Under the pieces are notes generated by a model. The model was not told the origin of the DNA and searched no databases. It was given only the letters and a program-made list of their open reading frames with translations. The translations under genes and the position numbers were made by a program. Positions 55,211 to 57,646 of a stretch of 57,646 bases of DNA are shown here, one piece after another (position 1 is the stretch's first letter; each line of letters opens with the position of its first letter). Source of the stretch: Fibrobacteria bacterium (GTDB lineage: Bacteria > Fibrobacterota > Fibrobacteria > UBA11236); the NCBI GenBank assembly GCA_043766615.1, contig JAYUHW010000337.1:1-57646 (forward strand). The letters run 5' to 3'.

Positions 55211-57409
55211 ATGATGATCCTGGCCTTTCTGATGGTCAGTACGGCGCTCAATTTGGCGCTGAGTTTTCTGGTTCAATTCAAATCCTATCAAAAGAGCCTG
55301 CGGCTAATATTGCTCGGCCTAGCGGGACTGTTCGTCGCGCACCTCTGGACCGCCTACCTTTCCATGTTTGCACCCTGGAATGCCGATTGGTTCGTCTATC
55401 AAAAAGTCATCCAAACTCTAGGCCTGCCAATATCCGTGGCCATTTTGGAGCTCACTCGAAATTTTCTTCGAGACGATGCAATGGAGCCGGGCTGGACGAT
55501 TGCCAACCGTCGCATAACGCTTTTCTACCCCTCGTTGCTGGGCGCTGGTTTGGGCATGGCTTCCATATGGATTCCAGGATGGACCATGCTTGAAGGAAAT
55601 GCAGCCACGCCGATAATGCGCTTTAGTGGTCCAGGACTTGTGATACCCACACTGCAGTCTTTGGTTGGCGTGTACACGCTCTATCTGCTCGAAAGCACTT
55701 ACCGCTTTTCCCAGGATTACCAACGCCGCATCGCACGACTTTGCTTTATCGGCATCGGGTGTTTGGCTGTTTACCAAATCCTCAACTTCGCCCATGTACT
55801 GGTGTATAAGGAGCTTCCCGCTCACTTTGTGGAGGCCTCTTCCGTTGTGTATGGTATTCTCTTCCCGGTAATTCTGGCCGGATTCCTGCGCTACCGTTTA
55901 GGGTCGGAGCGTATTTCCATTCCCCGAGATGCCATCTACTCTTCAGCAACCATTTTTTTGACTGGTGCCGCGTTCTTGGGGGTTGCCCTCACCATTTTCA
56001 TCTTCCAGTGGTTCCGGTTAGACTTCACCTATTTCGACCACTTTCTGATGGGTTTCTCGCTTTGTACCCTGGCGGTGCTGATACTCGGGTCTGGTACCAT
56101 GCGGCGGCGCATCAGCCAATTCATCAACCAGAAATTCTATTCTCACAAGTACGACTACCAGGAACAATTTTTCCGTCTTCATCAAACGTCAAGATCCGGT
56201 GCAGATGTTGACACTGCATTGACTCAACTGGTTGAGAATATGAAGTATTCCGTGGCCGTAGAGGACGCCTATATTTTTATCCTCAATTGGCAGGACGGGA
56301 ATTTTTATCAGCACGAAAACAAGGAGGAGGCCACTCGTCGCGGTCTGGTCATCAACGGGGACAGCCCCCTCGTAAGCATGCTCGCCCAAGCAGATCTGAG
56401 TGTGGACTTGCTTGCCTATGACCAGGATGGCTTGGCCCGTCGCACTATGGCTCGCGAAGAACCACTGGTGTATGACCTCAAATTCGACGCCATCTTTCCC
56501 ATTTTCCTGGGTGAGCGGTTAGCTGGTATTCTGTCTCTGCAAGGTGGTCGATTGGAGCCTTTCGAGCAAGAGGATCTCAAGTTGATCGCAGTATTTACCA
56601 CTTCCATCGGTGACGTGCTGTTCAAAAACCGGATGCTGAACGAGCGTATTGAAAAAAAACAGTTAGAGTCCTTCCACCATGTGGCGTCTTTCATCATACA
56701 CGATATCAAAAACCAGGTGGCCACATTGAGCCTGCTACTCAAGAACGCCGAACGGAACCTGGAAAATCCATCCTTTCAAACCAGCATGCTAAGTTCAGTG
56801 AAAAGCTGCGCGGTTAATTTGCAACACTTGATTGATCGCTTGTCCGTTGCGCCCAAAGCCCAGGTGCTTGATTTGGTCTCGCATACTTTGCGCCCATTAC
56901 TGGAAGAGGTGGTGGCGAATTCTGGTCTATTGTCCTTGCCCGGTTTGGTTTTTGAATTTGGCGGGGAAGAGGAAGTTTCCGCTATCATGGATAGGCAAGC
57001 CTTGTTTTTTGTCGTCCGGAATCTCATCAACAACTCCCTGGAGTCCATGCCAAACCTGGGACGGCCAACCCGCCTTAACCTATCGTTCGGAGCCTTGATG
57101 CCCAGGGTTCCCGCGCGTCTAAGGGAGCTCTTTGGAGGCGGGGATCGGTTTTTCGCCCGCTATAGCGCCTATATTTTGGTTGAAGACAATGGTGCCGGGA
57201 TGGATCCCCACTTCGTCCACCACCGACTGTTTCAGCCTTTCGCCACTACTAAAGAAAAAGGCGTCGGTATTGGTCTCTATCAGTGTAAAACCCTCGTAGA
57301 GAAAATGGGGGGCTGTATTCTTTGCCATTCGGAAAAGGATAGCGGCACGGAATTTTGCATTTTGCTGCCGTGCTTCCCTGGGGAAGAAAGCGTCCAACTG
57401 CATGGATGA
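55211..57409 (+). CDS. prsK: PEP-CTERM-system sensor histidine kinase (PrsK-type)
   Basis: N-terminal multi-TM sensor (about 300 aa), a GAF-like middle region, H-box FIIHDIKNQVATLSLL, and N/G boxes NLINNSLES, VEDNGAGMD and GVGIGLYQCKTLVEKMGG. Confidence 0.85.
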   Translation: MMILAFLMVSTALNLALSFLVQFKSYQKSLRLILLGLAGLFVAHLWTAYLSMFAPWNADWFVYQKVIQTLGLPISVAILELTRNFLRDDAMEPGWTIANRRITLFYPSLLGAGLGMASIWIPGWTMLEGNAATPIMRFSGPGLVIPTLQSLVGVYTLYLLESTYRFSQDYQRRIARLCFIGIGCLAVYQILNFAHVLVYKELPAHFVEASSVVYGILFPVILAGFLRYRLGSERISIPRDAIYSSATIFLTGAAFLGVALTIFIFQWFRLDFTYFDHFLMGFSLCTLAVLILGSGTMRRRISQFINQKFYSHKYDYQEQFFRLHQTSRSGADVDTALTQLVENMKYSVAVEDAYIFILNWQDGNFYQHENKEEATRRGLVINGDSPLVSMLAQADLSVDLLAYDQDGLARRTMAREEPLVYDLKFDAIFPIFLGERLAGILSLQGGRLEPFEQEDLKLIAVFTTSIGDVLFKNRMLNERIEKKQLESFHHVASFIIHDIKNQVATLSLLLKNAERNLENPSFQTSMLSSVKSCAVNLQHLIDRLSVAPKAQVLDLVSHTLRPLLEEVVANSGLLSLPGLVFEFGGEEEVSAIMDRQALFFVVRNLINNSLESMPNLGRPTRLNLSFGALMPRVPARLRELFGGGDRFFARYSAYILVEDNGAGMDPHFVHHRLFQPFATTKEKGVGIGLYQCKTLVEKMGGCILCHSEKDSGTEFCILLPCFPGEESVQLHG

Positions 57410-57529
57410 TAGCCTTTTGGATACCTTTCGAAGCCAGTTTCACAATTGTACCTTATCCAAACCGACAATACGAAAAACATGTACAAGCCTTTGGTAAAAA
57501 GTGCTGACAGAAGCACAAGGGAAGTCCAC

Positions 57530-57646
57530 ATGGTCAAGTTGCTTTTAGTCGAAGACAATATCGGGCTGCGGGAGCAAATGAAATGGGCTCTCAATGCCGA
57601 TTATGAAATTCTTGAAAGTGAAACTCTGGCCGGTTGCCTGGAAAAC
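57530..57646 (+). CDS. prsR: Response regulator receiver domain, 5' fragment (PrsR-type sigma-54 activator expected); runs off the window end
   Basis: ATG 57530 after AAGGGA. MVKLLLVEDNIGLREQMKWALNADYEILESETLAGCLEN is a typical receiver N-terminus (acidic ED pair after beta-1). Not in the ORF track because it has no stop. Confidence 0.6.
   Translation, partial: MVKLLLVEDNIGLREQMKWALNADYEILESETLAGCLEN

Overview
Compact bacterial window with no rRNA, tRNA, CRISPR array or IS element that I could recognise. About three quarters of it (roughly 12.1-57.6 kb) is one exopolysaccharide (EPS) island of the PEP-CTERM/exosortase type. Its core is an exosortase with EpsI, one adjacent PEP-CTERM cargo gene, and a PrsT-like TPR protein. 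A Wzz/BY-kinase fusion, the PrsK histidine kinase and the start of PrsR lie divergently. Around that core sit five or six glycosyltransferases, an O-antigen-ligase-like membrane protein, a Wzx-like flippase and a small Wza-like export protein. The island also carries three intact AsnB-type amidotransferases, a NadE-like PP-loop enzyme, WecB and a DegT-type aminotransferase, plus a FemAB-like protein and an ATP-grasp enzyme. An adenylating ligase is coupled to a HemK/PrmC-like NPPY methyltransferase, and there is a DltC-like carrier protein, a hexapeptide acyltransferase, an MBOAT with a membrane-anchored SGNH/DltD-like partner, and several secreted enzymes. The left part (1-12.1 kb) holds a sigma-70 3' fragment, a TPR protein, tpx, a ThuA-like secreted protein, an SDR, a split PuuD-like cytochrome c pair and lhgO. 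It also holds a four-gene operon resembling the mycobacterial decaprenyl-phospho-arabinofuranose (DPA) donor pathway (DprE1-like, DprE2-like, UbiA-type phosphoribosyltransferase) fused in operon with a triple-repeat VanZ-like membrane protein. The candidates I consider most worth follow-up are listed here. (1) A dispersed Dlt-like four-part set (ligase, carrier, MBOAT, DltD-like) inside an exosortase EPS locus. (2) The DPA-like operon plus triple VanZ. (3) An amide-chemistry cluster of three AsnB paralogs, a NadE-like enzyme and a HemK-like methyltransferase. (4) A candidate sigma-54 promoter directly upstream of the PEP-CTERM cargo gene. (5) G-rich hexamer microsatellites with G-quadruplex potential abutting the tpx stop codon. 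(6) Two genes whose conserved N-termini lie upstream of any canonical start codon. All functional calls rest on motif recognition by eye; no database search was run.
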